A stretch of DNA of 64,000 nucleotides from the NCBI RefSeq assembly GCF_030013595.1, contig NZ_CP122768.1, one strand, 5' to 3'. Below the pieces are notes generated by a model. It searched no databases, was not told where the DNA came from, and saw only the letters and a program-made list of their open reading frames with translations. Every line of letters begins with the position of its first letter. The stretch's first letter is position 1. Source of the stretch: Escherichia coli. GTDB taxonomy: Bacteria > Pseudomonadota > Gammaproteobacteria > Enterobacterales > Enterobacteriaceae. The position numbers and the translations under genes are program-made. This document shows, piece after piece, positions 1-15,655 of this stretch.

Positions 1-618
1 GAGAAATTCTTTTCCGCGGGCTGGGATTTAAAAGCGGCAGCAGAAGGCGAAGCACCGGATGCTGACTTTGGCCCGGGAGGTTTTGCGGGATTAACCGAAA
101 TTTTCAATCTCGACAAACCGGTTATCGCCGCTGTGAACGGCTATGCCTTTGGCGGCGGCTTTGAACTGGCGCTGGCGGCAGATTTTATTGTTTGTGCCGA
201 TAACGCCAGCTTCGCCCTACCGGAAGCCAAACTGGGCATCGTTCCTGACAGCGGCGGCGTGCTGCGTCTGCCGAAGATCCTGCCGCCTGCCATCGTCAAT
301 GAAATGGTGATGACCGGCAGACGAATGGGCGCAGAAGAGGCGCTGCGTTGGGGGGTAGTCAACCGCGTGGTTAGCCAGGCGGAACTGATGGATAACGCCC
401 GCGAACTGGCGCAGCAGCTGGTTAACAGCGCTCCGCTGGCGATTGCGGCGCTGAAAGAGATCTACCGCACCACCAGCGAAATGCCGGTAGAAGAAGCGTA
501 TCGCTATATTCGCAGCGGCGTGTTGAAACACTATCCGTCGGTTCTGCATTCGGAAGATGCCATTGAAGGGCCGCTGGCGTTTGCCGAGAAGCGCGATCCG
601 GTGTGGAAAGGACGTTAA
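1..618 (+). CDS. caiD: Carnitinyl-CoA dehydratase CaiD, 5' end truncated by window edge
   Basis: Frame 1 is open from base 1; crotonase-fold translation ([19 protein letters not shown]...) ends VWKGR as in CaiD; followed by caiE. Confidence 0.9.
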   Translation, partial: EKFFSAGWDLKAAAEGEAPDADFGPGGFAGLTEIFNLDKPVIAAVNGYAFGGGFELALAADFIVCADNASFALPEAKLGIVPDSGGVLRLPKILPPAIVNEMVMTGRRMGAEEALRWGVVNRVVSQAELMDNARELAQQLVNSAPLAIAALKEIYRTTSEMPVEEAYRYIRSGVLKHYPSVLHSEDAIEGPLAFAEKRDPVWKGR

Positions 619-623
619 CAACC

Positions 624-1214
624 GTGAGCTATTACGCCTTTGAGGGGTTAATTCCGGTGGTTCACCCGACGGCGTTTGTCCATCCCAGTGCCGTCTTGAT
701 TGGCGATGTGATTGTGGGAGCCGGTGTCTACATCGGCCCACTCGCCTCACTGCGTGGTGACTACGGGCGGTTGATCGTGCAAGCGGGAGCCAATATTCAG
801 GATGGCTGCATTATGCATGGCTACTGCGACACTGACACCATCGTTGGGGAAAACGGCCATATCGGGCACGGAGCGATCCTGCATGGTTGTGTGATTGGTC
901 GCGATGCACTGGTCGGGATGAACAGCGTGATTATGGATGGCGCGGTCATTGGCGAAGAGAGCATTGTTGCCGCTATGAGCTTTGTCAAAGCGGGCTTTCG
1001 CGGCGAGAAACGCCAGTTGTTGATGGGTACGCCAGCCCGCGCTGTACGCAGCGTGAGTGACGACGAGTTACACTGGAAACGGTTGAATACCAAAGAGTAT
1101 CAGGATCTTGTCGGGCGCTGTCATGCATCATTACATGAAACGCAGCCACTGAGGAAAATGGAGGAAAATCGCCCCCGTTTGCAGGGGACGACGGATGTGA
1201 CGCCGAAACGGTGA
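624..1214 (+). CDS. caiE: Carnitine operon protein CaiE (hexapeptide-repeat acyltransferase-like)
   Basis: Translation matches CaiE from [17 protein letters not shown] at 624 gives 196 aa. The ORF track's ATG at 603 would overlap the caiD stop. Confidence 0.85.
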   Translation: MSYYAFEGLIPVVHPTAFVHPSAVLIGDVIVGAGVYIGPLASLRGDYGRLIVQAGANIQDGCIMHGYCDTDTIVGENGHIGHGAILHGCVIGRDALVGMNSVIMDGAVIGEESIVAAMSFVKAGFRGEKRQLLMGTPARAVRSVSDDELHWKRLNTKEYQDLVGRCHASLHETQPLRKMEENRPRLQGTTDVTPKR

Positions 1215-1219
1215 TCTTT

Positions 1220-1302
1220 CCGGATGCGGCGTAAACGCCTTATCCGACCTGGCTGGAAAGGAACCGTAGGCCGTATAAGATGCGCCAGCATCGCATCCGG
1301 CG
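1220..1302. repeat. REP (repetitive extragenic palindrome) cluster in caiE-caiF intergenic region
   Basis: Two copies of the GCCGGATGCGGCGTAAACGCCTTATCCG-type palindromic unit in opposite orientation. Confidence 0.6.
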
Positions 1303-1332
1303 ACCAGGTCGCACGGTATCAACGAAACGACA

Positions 1333-1728
1333 TTAACGACGCATACTCTTTGACAACATCATCTGCCACTTCTGCTCGCGGTTAAGTTCCGTGAGCGGAA
1401 CGGCAGGAATACGCGGCGTCTTTCTTACGCCGACTAATTTTTCCCGACTGTTATTGCGCAGGCGCGCGTAAATTTGCTCATCGATATCGACCACTTTACC
1501 CAGTCGCTGACACTGGCATCCCCGCCCTTCCAGCTTATTAGGGATCATCTTAACTTCGCAGCTTATTTCTGTGACTTCCGACAGAATATAAGTCAGGGTA
1601 TTAACCGCCTTGCTGTGTTCAATATCGAAATGAATAGAGATCTCTCTTGCTATCACCCACCGATTTTCAGCCATCATCCATTCGGCGATTAACAAGTAGA
1701 GTGGTTTTTCAACATATCCTTCACACAT
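1333..1728 (-). CDS. caiF: Transcriptional activator CaiF
   Basis: Translation from internal ATG (MCEGYVEKPLYLLIAEW...) gives 131 aa matching CaiF; divergent from the cai operon. Confidence 0.85.
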   Translation of the reverse strand: MCEGYVEKPLYLLIAEWMMAENRWVIAREISIHFDIEHSKAVNTLTYILSEVTEISCEVKMIPNKLEGRGCQCQRLGKVVDIDEQIYARLRNNSREKLVGVRKTPRIPAVPLTELNREQKWQMMLSKSMRR

Positions 1729-1988
1729 ACGAACTCCAGTTTCACAAATTAAAAGTCTGGCTATGACTCGTTTTGAAGCAATTAAACAAGGCCATATTAA
1801 AATTGTGGATATATCGATAGTATGCAACTTCACCGTCGATAAGTGTGAGCTAAATCCTGCTTATGTCATCAAAAATATCGATTCCCCAAAAGATTTACTT
1901 AATGGGCAAAAAAAACGGTCCTCATCAGAGAACCGTATTAGTTATTCGATCAAATTAGCGGATGAAAAATATCCGCCATGACACGCTA

Positions 1989-5207
<3,219 letters not shown>

Positions 5208-5224
5208 GGCTCTTTTACTCCTGA

Positions 5225-6373
5225 TTACTTAGCGGTTTTACGGTACTGCTCAATTAACTCGATAAAGTGGTCGAACAACGGCGCTGCGTCGTGTGGCCCA
5301 GGGCTGGCTTCCGGGTGACCCTGGAAGCTGAACGCCGGTTTATCGGTGCGATGAATGCCCTGTAACGTACCGTCGAACAGGGATTTATGCGTGACACGCA
5401 GGTTTGCAGGTAATGTTGCTTCATCCACCGCAAAACCGTGGTTCTGGGCGGTGATCATCACCACGTTTTTCTCCACATCTTTAACCGGATGGTTGCCGCC
5501 GTGGTGACCAAATTTCATTTTGACAGTCTTCGCACCGCTCGCCAGCGCCAGCAGCTGATGACCGAGACAGATGCCGAAGACCGGAATATCGGTTTCGAGG
5601 AATTTCTGGATGGCGGTAATGGCGTAATCGCACGGGGCCGGGTCGCCAGGACCGTTGGAGAGGAAGATGCCGTCTGGATTCATTTTCAACACATCTTCCG
5701 CAGAAGTTTGCGCCGGAACGATGGTCAGACGGCAGCCTCTATCCACCAACATGCGCAGGATGTTGCGCTTGGCACCAAAATCATAAGCCACAACATGGAA
5801 CGGCAGCTCGTCTTCTTTCTTCGCTTCTGGCAGGCCGCCGGTCAGCGTCCAGCTCCCTTGTGTCCAGCTATACGTTTCTGCGGTGGTCACTTCTTTTGCC
5901 AGATCCATGCCGTTCAGACCTGGGAACGCGCGGGCTTTTTCTAATGCCAGCGCCGCATCCGGGTTATCGCCTGCGATAATGCAGCCATTCTGTGCGCCTT
6001 TCTCGCGCAGTAAACGCGTCAGCTTACGGGTATCGATATCAGCAATCGCCACGATGTTATGGCGCTTCAGATAAGAAGAGAGGTCTTCGGTATTACGGAA
6101 GTTGCTGGCAATCAGCGGCAGGTCGCGAATCACCAGACCTTGTGCATGTACCTGAGAAGATTCTTCATCGGCGTCATTAGTGCCGACATTGCCAATATGG
6201 GGATAAGTAAGAGTAACGATTTGACGAGAATAGGAAGGATCAGTGAGGATTTCTTGATAACCGGTCATTGAAGTATTGAAAACGACTTCCCCAACCGCCG
6301 AACCTGTTGCCCCTATGGCCCGACCGTGAAACTGGGTTCCGTCTTCCAGAACCAATAGCGCTGACTTAATCAA
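5225..6373 (-). CDS. carA: Carbamoyl-phosphate synthase small subunit (glutamine amidotransferase)
   Basis: Translation matches CarA from [11 protein letters not shown]; start placed at the TTG codon (minus strand, plus-strand CAA at 6371-6373), the known non-ATG start of carA; 382 aa. Confidence 0.9.
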   Translation of the reverse strand: MIKSALLVLEDGTQFHGRAIGATGSAVGEVVFNTSMTGYQEILTDPSYSRQIVTLTYPHIGNVGTNDADEESSQVHAQGLVIRDLPLIASNFRNTEDLSSYLKRHNIVAIADIDTRKLTRLLREKGAQNGCIIAGDNPDAALALEKARAFPGLNGMDLAKEVTTAETYSWTQGSWTLTGGLPEAKKEDELPFHVVAYDFGAKRNILRMLVDRGCRLTIVPAQTSAEDVLKMNPDGIFLSNGPGDPAPCDYAITAIQKFLETDIPVFGICLGHQLLALASGAKTVKMKFGHHGGNHPVKDVEKNVVMITAQNHGFAVDEATLPANLRVTHKSLFDGTLQGIHRTDKPAFSFQGHPEASPGPHDAAPLFDHFIELIEQYRKTAK

Positions 6374-6387
6374 AACACCCTCCAGAG

Positions 6388-6425
6388 AATATTCACTCAC
6401 TTTATTTGCATATTAATTCACAATG
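6388..6425 (-). promoter_or_regulatory. Tandem ARG boxes (ArgR operator) at carAB promoter P2
   Basis: Minus-strand reads TGTGAATTAATATGCAAATAAAGTGAGTGAATATTC immediately upstream of the carA start, matching the ARG-box consensus. Confidence 0.65.
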
Positions 6426-6741
6426 ATGACGTAAATCAATGCAAATCTGCTTACCGACGAATTTCTGGCAAACGGCGGCATTCTGGAGATATGGGCGCTA
6501 AAAGTCAACTTAATGGCGGGATTTTTTATATTATTTTGTGGCTCATGCATGTTTTACAGGCATTAAGCGACAAAAAGATCATATAACATGTTCTGGAAAA
6601 CGCTTGCGCAGCAAGAAGATTGCATGAAATAAAAATGAGCAGAAAAAAGTGGACCAGATGGTCAAAATTTACATTAAAACAACAAAAACAGAAGACAAAA
6701 CATGTAATTTTCAGCACTTGCATTAAATTTAAAAGCATAAC

Positions 6742-6778
6742 ACCAAAAATAAAAGGGCCAAAAATTAAAGCCCTTTAT
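6742..6778 (-). terminator. Rho-independent terminator downstream of dapB
   Basis: Hairpin AAAGGGC-loop-GCCCTTT followed by a T-run on the minus strand, about 50 bp after the dapB stop. Confidence 0.5.
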
Positions 6779-6828
6779 ATTCAATGCATTAAATGTGTTA
6801 TTTTTGCATCACTATAAATATTTTGTGG

Positions 6829-7665
<837 letters not shown>

Positions 7666-7816
7666 TTAATTTGCATAGACCGTTTTCAGAGTAACCAGCG
7701 CATCGCTACGCCGCCAGCCAAAAACGCTGATAATTAGAAATTAATGATAAACAGGGAGGGATATCAGTGAAAGGCATGAGTCGATGAATGACTGCATGCC
7801 GATAACATGTGACAGG

Positions 7817-8731
7817 TTACGGCACCAGAGCCAGCACCTCAGCTACCCACTGCTGGAAGCCTTTTACATTCAGATCCAATGCCACCTGTACATTGGCTGG
7901 TTTGCCCAGGCAACCGTCGATATCAACCACCGTCGTGCCTGAGGTAAATTCGCCTTGAGTTTCTACCGCGACAAAACACGGCTTGAGAGTGAACAGGTCC
8001 GGGCGCACCAGCCAGGCGATGGCGCAGAGATCGTGCATTCGCAGACCGCTTTGCATACTGCCGCTACGGTAGTGGCTAAACAGGGCGTGGAGCATTTTTC
8101 CGGTGCGATTCAACTCCGGCAAAGTAACGAGATAGTCAGGGGTTAATATTGCCTGATTGGTGACATCCAGACCGCACATGACAATTTCGATGCCGCTACG
8201 GAAGACACAGGCTGCCGCTTCTGGATCGGCAGCGATATTAAACTCGGCGTTTGGTGTGCAGTTGCCGCGACCAGCAGAACCGCCCATGATCACCAGACGG
8301 CGAATATACGGCTTACATTCCGGGCATTGTGAAAGTAACAGCGCAATATTGGTTAACGGGCCGATGGCCACCAGGGTAACGGGCTCTGGCGCACGCATCA
8401 GGGCATCACGAATTGCCAGAAACGCCGGTATACCCAGTGGCTTACGGTTGTGTTCAACAAAGTCATAGCCAGCCATTCCCGATTCACCGTGTACAGATGC
8501 CGCATCGCGCGGCGCACGAACCAGTGGTACGGCAGCGCCCTGGGCAAGCGGAATATCCACATTCCAGAAATGCAGCAGTTGCAGGGCGTTGCGGGTGGTT
8601 TTCTCAACCGAGACATTACCCGCGACGGTGGTCATCAGTTGCAGGTCGAGTTCGGGGGCAAAAATCGCGGCAGCAATGGCGACGGCATCGTCAATGCCGG
8701 GGTCTGTATCGAGGAAGATAGGTAAACGCAT
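7817..8731 (-). CDS. rihC: Non-specific ribonucleoside hydrolase RihC
   Basis: 304-aa ORF with nucleoside hydrolase N-terminal motif [12 protein letters not shown]. Confidence 0.9.
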   Translation of the reverse strand: MRLPIFLDTDPGIDDAVAIAAAIFAPELDLQLMTTVAGNVSVEKTTRNALQLLHFWNVDIPLAQGAAVPLVRAPRDAASVHGESGMAGYDFVEHNRKPLGIPAFLAIRDALMRAPEPVTLVAIGPLTNIALLLSQCPECKPYIRRLVIMGGSAGRGNCTPNAEFNIAADPEAAACVFRSGIEIVMCGLDVTNQAILTPDYLVTLPELNRTGKMLHALFSHYRSGSMQSGLRMHDLCAIAWLVRPDLFTLKPCFVAVETQGEFTSGTTVVDIDGCLGKPANVQVALDLNVKGFQQWVAEVLALVP

Positions 8732-8796
8732 GTTTTCTCCATAAAAAATGCCGGTAACAAGACCGGCATTTTCGCATAACTTAGGCTGCTACTGAC

Positions 8797-9747
8797 TTAA
8801 TCGACTTCACGAATATCGACACGCAGCTCTTTCGGCACTTCGAAAACAATATTTTCTTCACGGCCTTCCAGCGGAATGGCTTCACCACCGCCCAGCTGTT
8901 GCAAACGTGCCACCACATTCTGCACCAGAATATCCGGAGCCGATGCGCCCGCAGTCACGCCGACGCATTTAACCTCTTTCACCCACTCTTCCTGGATATC
9001 TTTCGCATCGTCAATCAAAAACGCGCGTTTGCCCATACGCTGGGCCAGCTCAGCCAGACGGTTGGAGTTGGAGGAGTTTTTCGAACCGACCACCAGCACC
9101 ACTTCCGCCTGTTCTGCCAGGGCGCGTACTGCTTCCTGACGGTTAGTCGTGGCGTAGCAGATGTCATCTTTGCGCGGACCGACAATTTTCGGGAAGCGTT
9201 TACGCAGCGCGTCGATCACATCAGACGTGTCATCCACCGACAGCGTGGTTTGGGTCATAAAGGAGAGTTTCTCTTCGTTTTTAACCGTCAGTTTCCACAC
9301 ATCGTCTGGCGATTCGACCAGATACATTCCCCCTTCCGGGTTGCTGTACTGACCCATCGTCCCTTCCACTTCCGGGTGCCCGGCGTGACCGATGAGAATA
9401 GATTCTTCGCCACGGCGGCTGGCGCGGGCGACTTCCATATGCACTTTGGTCACCAGCGGACAGGTTGCATCAAACACCGTCAAATCGCGGCTTTTTGCTT
9501 CGTTACGTACCGCCTGAGAAACACCGTGTGCGGAGAAAATCAGGATCGCGCCGTCCGGTACTTCGCTAATCTGCTCAATAAAGATAGCCCCACGCTCGCG
9601 CAGGCTATCGACCACGTAGCGGTTATGCACCACTTCGTGACGGACATATATCGGTGCGCCGTAAATGGCCAGCGCGTTTTCAACAATGCTGATAGCGCGG
9701 TCTACCCCGGCACAAAAACCACGCGGGTTGGCCAACAGGATCTGCAT
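8797..9747 (-). CDS. ispH: 4-hydroxy-3-methylbut-2-enyl diphosphate reductase
   Basis: Translation from internal ATG ([19 protein letters not shown]...) gives 316 aa matching IspH. Confidence 0.95.
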
Positions 9748-9748
9748 G

Positions 9749-10198
9749 TTACGCCTCCAGTGCCGGATCGATTTCCAGCACTTCAATATCAAAATGAACG
9801 GTCTGCCCGGCCAGCGGATGGTTGAAATCAACGGTAATGGAGTCGCCGTTAATTTCGCGGATCACGCCAGGCATCTCACTGCCATCCATTGCGGTAAAAA
9901 GCATGATTGCGCCAATTTCTGGCTCGCCTGCATCCATAAATTCACGGCGGGAGAAGTACTGAATCAGGTCCGGTGACGGCACGCCAAACGCCGCATCGGG
10001 CTCCAGCGTGAAAGTGGTTTTATCGCCCACTTTCAGCCCCAGCAGGTGTTGCTCCAGCCCTTCAGAAAGAGAAGCATCGCCCAGGCGGAATAGCGCCGGT
10101 TTACCGTTGTTGCGGGTAGACTCGGCGGTGGTGCCATCGTCGAGTTTTAGCGTGAAATGCACCAGGACGGCGCTATTGCTCTGTACAGATTCAGACAT
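9749..10198 (-). CDS. fkpB: FKBP-type peptidyl-prolyl cis-trans isomerase FkpB (SlpA)
   Basis: 149-aa [26 protein letters not shown]...; position between lspA and ispH. Confidence 0.9.
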
Positions 10199-10229
10199 GC
10201 AGGTTTGCTCTTATATTTTGAGGATTTTT

Positions 10230-10277
10230 GCCGGATGCGGTCTACGATTTCGCAGCAATCTGTAGGCCGCATCCGGC
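10230..10277. repeat. REP-like palindrome in lspA-fkpB intergenic region
   Basis: Near-perfect inverted repeat GCCGGATGCGGTCTAC ... GTAGGCCGCATCCGGC. Confidence 0.5.
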
Positions 10278-10285
10278 AGGGTTTA

Positions 10286-10780
10286 TTATTGTTTTTTCGC
10301 TTTAGAAGGTAAAAAACCTTCCAGCACAATCAGTGCCGCACCGACACAGATGGCAGTATCGGCAAGGTTGAAGGTGGCGAAGTGCCAGTCGCCGACGTAG
10401 AAGTCGATCATATCGACAACGAAGCCGTGCCACAGGCGGTCGAACAGGTTGCCCAGTGCGCCGCCAATAATCAGCGCGTAAGCGATATTGTTTAGCTTCT
10501 GCGTGGCCTTCGAGCGATACATCATCACTGCCAGGATCACGCTAATACCAATCGCAATACCGGCAAAGAACCAACGCTGCCAGCCGCCGCTATCGGCAAG
10601 GAAACTAAACGCCGCGCCATAGTTACGCGCATAATGCAGATTAAGCGACGGGAACAGCGGGACCGTATCCCCCAGAGCAAAGTTCTGGAGGATCAGGTAT
10701 TTGCTGCCCAGATCGATAATCAGCACGACTACCACCAGCCACAGCCAGCGTAGCCCTGTTGAACAGATCGATTGACTCAT
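10286..10780 (-). CDS. lspA: Lipoprotein signal peptidase (signal peptidase II)
   Basis: 164-aa membrane protein; start overlaps the ileS stop as in the ileS-lspA operon. Confidence 0.95.
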
Positions 10781-13596
10781 CAGGCAAACTTACGTTTTTC
10801 ACCGTCACCGGCGACGTTGCTGACACAGCGGCCGCAGATTTCTGCGTGTTCCGCTACCTTGCCGACATCCTGGGTGTAGTGCCAGCAACGTGGGCACTTC
10901 TCACCTTCGGCTTTACTCAACGCGACTTTCAGCCCTTTGAGTACTTCGCTCTGCTGGGCATCAGCAGGTGCGTCGTTATAGTCTGCAACGGTAGCGCCGG
11001 AGGTCAACAGGACAAATCGTAATTCATCGCCCAGCGCGGTCAGTTTCGCCGCCAGTTCCGGTTCTGCATACAAGGTTACTGCCGCTTCCAGCGAGCCACC
11101 CACTTTCTTGTCGGCACGCGCTTGCTCAATAACTTTGTTCACTTCGCCACGCACTTTCAACAGCTCGTCCCAGAACGCATCGTTCATCGCTTCACTGTCT
11201 GCCAGACCAAACAGGCCTTCGTACCACTCACCGGTGAAGACGTATTTTTCACGTTCACCCGGCAGGTAGCCCCACACTTCATCAGCGGTGAAGGAGAGGA
11301 TTGGTGCCATCCAGCGCACCAGCGCTTCCGCGATGTGATACAGCGCTGTCTGGCAGCTACGACGCGCCACACTGTCCGCTTTGGCGGTGTACTGACGGTC
11401 TTTGATGATGTCGAGGTAGAAGGAACCCATCTCAACGGAGCAGAAGCGCATCAGACGCTGTACCACTTCGTGGAAATCGTATGCTTCGTACGCCTTGAGG
11501 ATGTCTTCCTGTGCCGCTTTCGCACAACCTACGGCCCAGCGATCCAGTACCACCATCTCTTCCGGTTTCACCATATCTTTTGCCGGATCAAAACCGTTCA
11601 GGTTTGCCAGCAGGAAGCGCGCGGTGTTACGGATACGACGATAGCTGTCGGCAGCACGTTTCAGGATCTCGTCAGAAACGGCCATTTCACCGGTGTAGTC
11701 AGTTGATGCCACCCACAGACGCAGAATATCCGCGCCCAGTTTGTTCATCACATCCTGCGGCGAAACGGTGTTGCCGATGGATTTAGACATCTTGCGGCCC
11801 TGACCATCCACGGTAAAGCCGTGGGTCAGTACCTGACGATACGGTGCTTTGCCCTTCATCGCGGTAGAGATCATCAGAGAGGACATGAACCAGCCACGGT
11901 GCTGGTCTGAACCTTCCAGATACATGTCCGCAGCGTGACCGGCAAATTCCGGACGCACGTCAACAACGGAAGAGTGGGTAGATCCGGAGTCAAACCATAC
12001 GTCGAGAGTATCCGGCACTTTCACGTACTGATCAGCTTCATCGCCGAGGATCTCTTTCGCATCGAGATCCCACCACGCCTGGATGCCGTCAACTTCAACG
12101 CGTTTAGCCACTTCTTCCATCAGTTCGAGGGTACGCGGATGCAGCTCTTCCGTGTCTTTATGCACGAACAGTGACATCGGTACGCCCCAGGTGCGCTGAC
12201 GGGAGATACACCAGTCAGGACGGTTAGCAACCATCGACTCGATACGCGCCTGGCCCCAGTCCGGGATCCACTGCACGCCTTTGATCTCTTTCAGTGACTG
12301 CGCACGCAGACCTTTCTGATCCATGCTGACGAACCACTGCGGCGTCGCGCGGAAGATGATCGGCGTTTTGTGACGCCAGCAGCACGGATAGCTGTGCTGC
12401 ATTTTCTCAACGTGCAACAGCGCGCCTTTTTCCTGCAGCAGCGCAACAACGATGTCGTTCGCTTTGAAAACGTTCACGCCATCCAGCGTCGGGTAAGTAC
12501 CCGGCAGATAAGTGCCGTCCGGGCCAACCGGGTTAGCGGTTTCCAGGCCGTATTTCTGACCGATCACATAGTCGTCCGGGCCGTGGCCAGGCGCGGTGTG
12601 AACGGCACCGGTACCGGCATCCAGGGTAACGTGATCGCCGAGGATTGCCGGAACGTCGAAGCCCATAAACGGATGGGTAAAGCGCAGCAGCTCAAGCTCC
12701 GCACCTTTTACCGTGCCGAGAATGGTGTAATCGGTCACGCCGATACGCTGCATTACGCTTTCAACCAGATCTTTCGCCAGAATCACGGCCTGACCGTCGA
12801 TCTGCACCAGCGCATAGTCGAAATCAGGTGCAATAGAGATTGCGCGGTTGGCAGGCAGAGTCCACGGCGTAGTGGTCCAGATCACCAGCGAGATTGGGCC
12901 GTTAACGTTGCTTACGGCAAATTTTGCTTTCAGTGCATCCTGATCGACCGCCTGGAAAGCAACGTCAATGGACGGAGAAGTTTTGTCGTAATACTCAACT
13001 TCCGCTTCCGCCAGCGCAGAACGGCAGTCAACGCACCAGTGTACCGGCTTCGCGCCTTTGTGCAGGTGACCGTTGCCGATGATTTTGCCCAGCGCGCGGA
13101 TGATATTAGCTTCAGTTTTGAAATCCATGGTCAGGTACGGGTGGGACCAGTCGCCCAGCACGCCCAGACGGATAAAGTCTTTGCGCTGACCGTCAACCTG
13201 GGTCGCCGCGTATTCGCGGCACTTGGCGCGGAACTCAGCGGCGGTGAATTTCTCACCCGGCTTACCGTATTCTTGTTCTACTTTCAGCTCGATCGGCAGA
13301 CCGTGGCAGTCCCAGCCAGGCACATACGGCGAGTCATAACCGGAAAGCCCTTTGGACTTCACGATAATGTCTTTCAGAATCTTGTTAACCGAGTGACCAA
13401 TATGAATGCTGCCATTCGCATAAGGAGGGCCATCATGCAGAATGAAGGTTTTTTTGCCTTTTTTAGCCGCACGGATGATGCCGTACAGATCATCATCAGT
13501 CCAACGCGCCAGCATTCCCGGTTCGCGCTTGGCGAGATCGCCACGCATCGGGAACCCTGTTTCCGGCAAATTCAGGGTTGATTTATAGTCACTCAT
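10780..13596 (-). CDS. ileS: Isoleucine--tRNA ligase
   Basis: 938-aa ORF with class I HIGH motif ([11 protein letters not shown]) and KMSKS; C-terminal zinc-binding Cys. Confidence 0.95.
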
Positions 13597-13638
13597 CAGA
13601 TTCTCGGTTCCGTATTTCGGTTTGATTACATAACAGGC

Positions 13639-14580
13639 TTAAGCCGGTTTTGTTAGCCCAAAAAATTCGCGGGCGGTTAATTCATCACGCGCAATCTGCG
13701 CTTTCAGTTCGTCCAGCGACGCAAATCGCTGCTCATTGCGTATTTTTTTACGCAGCACTACTTGTATATGGCGACCGTAAAGGTCCATTGCAACATCTAA
13801 CAAATGCACTTCCAGCTGCTGGCGAATACCGGCAACCGTTGGGCGTGTTCCGATGTTTGCCACGCCGGGTAACGGCTTTTCACCGAGGCCCAGCACTTCT
13901 ACCGCATAAACCCCTTTCACCGGGGAAACCTGACGGCGCAGCGGTACATTCGCCGTCGGGAAACCTATAGTGCGCCCTAATTCATCACCGTGGACTACAC
14001 GCCCGGAGATGGCAAACGGGTGCCCCAGTAAACTTTCTGCCAGAGCCAGATTGTCATCCGCAAGGGCCTGACGCACGGCGGTGCTGCTGATACGCACGCC
14101 ACCTTCGCAAAAAGTTTGCGTACTGGTGATATCGAAGCCGTATTCCATGCCAGCTTTCTGTAATAACAAGAAATCGCCTTCACGACCAGCGCCAAAGCGG
14201 AAATCATCCCCTACAGCAAGAAATTTTACGCGCAAATGCTTCACCAGAAGATCGCTGATGAAATTTTGCGCGGTTAACGCCGCGAAACGCCTGTCGAAAC
14301 GTACGCACAGCACGTAATCAACGCCACACTCTGCAAGGTAACGTAGTTTTTCCCGCAGCCGGGTCAGTCGTGCCGGGGCTTTATCGGTTGCAAACAGTTC
14401 CAGTGGTTGAGGTTCAAAAAGCATCACCATCACCGGTAAGTTGCGCTTGCGCCCTTCTTCCTGCAAGCCCTGTAACAGCGCGCGATGACCGCGATGCACG
14501 CCGTCGAAATTACCAATAGTCAGCACACACCCTTCTTGCGGGGCCTGGCTGAGATTATGTATGCCGCGTATCAGCTTCAT
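13639..14580 (-). CDS. ribF: Bifunctional riboflavin kinase / FMN adenylyltransferase
   Basis: 313-aa ORF MKLIRGIHNL...NFDGVHRGH... Confidence 0.95.
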   Translation of the reverse strand: MKLIRGIHNLSQAPQEGCVLTIGNFDGVHRGHRALLQGLQEEGRKRNLPVMVMLFEPQPLELFATDKAPARLTRLREKLRYLAECGVDYVLCVRFDRRFAALTAQNFISDLLVKHLRVKFLAVGDDFRFGAGREGDFLLLQKAGMEYGFDITSTQTFCEGGVRISSTAVRQALADDNLALAESLLGHPFAISGRVVHGDELGRTIGFPTANVPLRRQVSPVKGVYAVEVLGLGEKPLPGVANIGTRPTVAGIRQQLEVHLLDVAMDLYGRHIQVVLRKKIRNEQRFASLDELKAQIARDELTAREFFGLTKPA

Positions 14581-14587
14581 GTCTGGC

Positions 14588-14806
14588 TCAAAACAGTGAA
14601 AATCGTCCGAGTATACCTTGTACAGCGGTCAAGGTTAACCGGCGATTGAGTACCGAAATCAGAAAGAAGTGGCTTTTCATTGCCATGGCGCAAATCACGG
14701 GAAGAAACTGACCGCCTGCTGCAATTTTTATCGCGGAAAAGCTGTATTCACACCCCGCAAGCTGGTAGAATCCTGCGCCATCACTACGTAACGAGTGCCG
14801 GCACAT
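14588..14806 (-). CDS. yaaY: Small uncharacterised protein YaaY
   Basis: 72-aa ORF between ribF and rpsT, same size and position as K-12 yaaY; coding status uncertain. Confidence 0.45.
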   Translation of the reverse strand: MCRHSLRSDGAGFYQLAGCEYSFSAIKIAAGGQFLPVICAMAMKSHFFLISVLNRRLTLTAVQGILGRFSLF

Positions 14807-14887
14807 TAACGGCGCTTATTTGCACAAATCCATTGACAAAAGAAGGCTAAAAGGGCATATTCCTCGGCCTTTGAATTGTCCATATAG

Positions 14888-15172
<285 letters not shown>

Positions 15173-15196
15173 TCGCCAATTTGCTGAAGCTTTGTG

Positions 15197-15227
15197 AAAA
15201 AGCCCGCGCAAGCGGGTTTTTTTATGC
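15197..15227 (+). terminator. Rho-independent terminator of rpsT
   Basis: AAAAAGCCCGCGCAAGCGGGTTTTTTT hairpin plus T-run immediately after rpsT. Confidence 0.65.
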
Positions 15228-15655
15228 CTGCTGCTTTGTGATGTGTGAGAAAACACACTGCCGGTTGCCAGATAGTCAAAAGATGCTGGTTCTTGCAGAT
15301 ATGCAGTTACACTCTCTGGACTCTTCGTGGCTTAAGAATCGTAGAATCATCGGTTGATACATTCTGAATAAGAATATCTACTCAATCTTCAGACTCCCCC
15401 TACACAGAATGTGGAGATTGTGATACACATTGAGGTATTAAACTTAAGACCACTCTATTTTTGAATTAAATTCCTATACACTTTAACGATTCATAAATAT
15501 CTCCTTATTAGACCTTGTAAATTATTAACAGCAATCAACACAGGTTAACTACCTATTTATATTGTACTTCTTAAAATTAATGAGCGATTTTTGATAGTCC
15601 TCACATTCACTCATAAATTAAATTAAAAAAAATTCATCAACTTCAAGGACTGATA

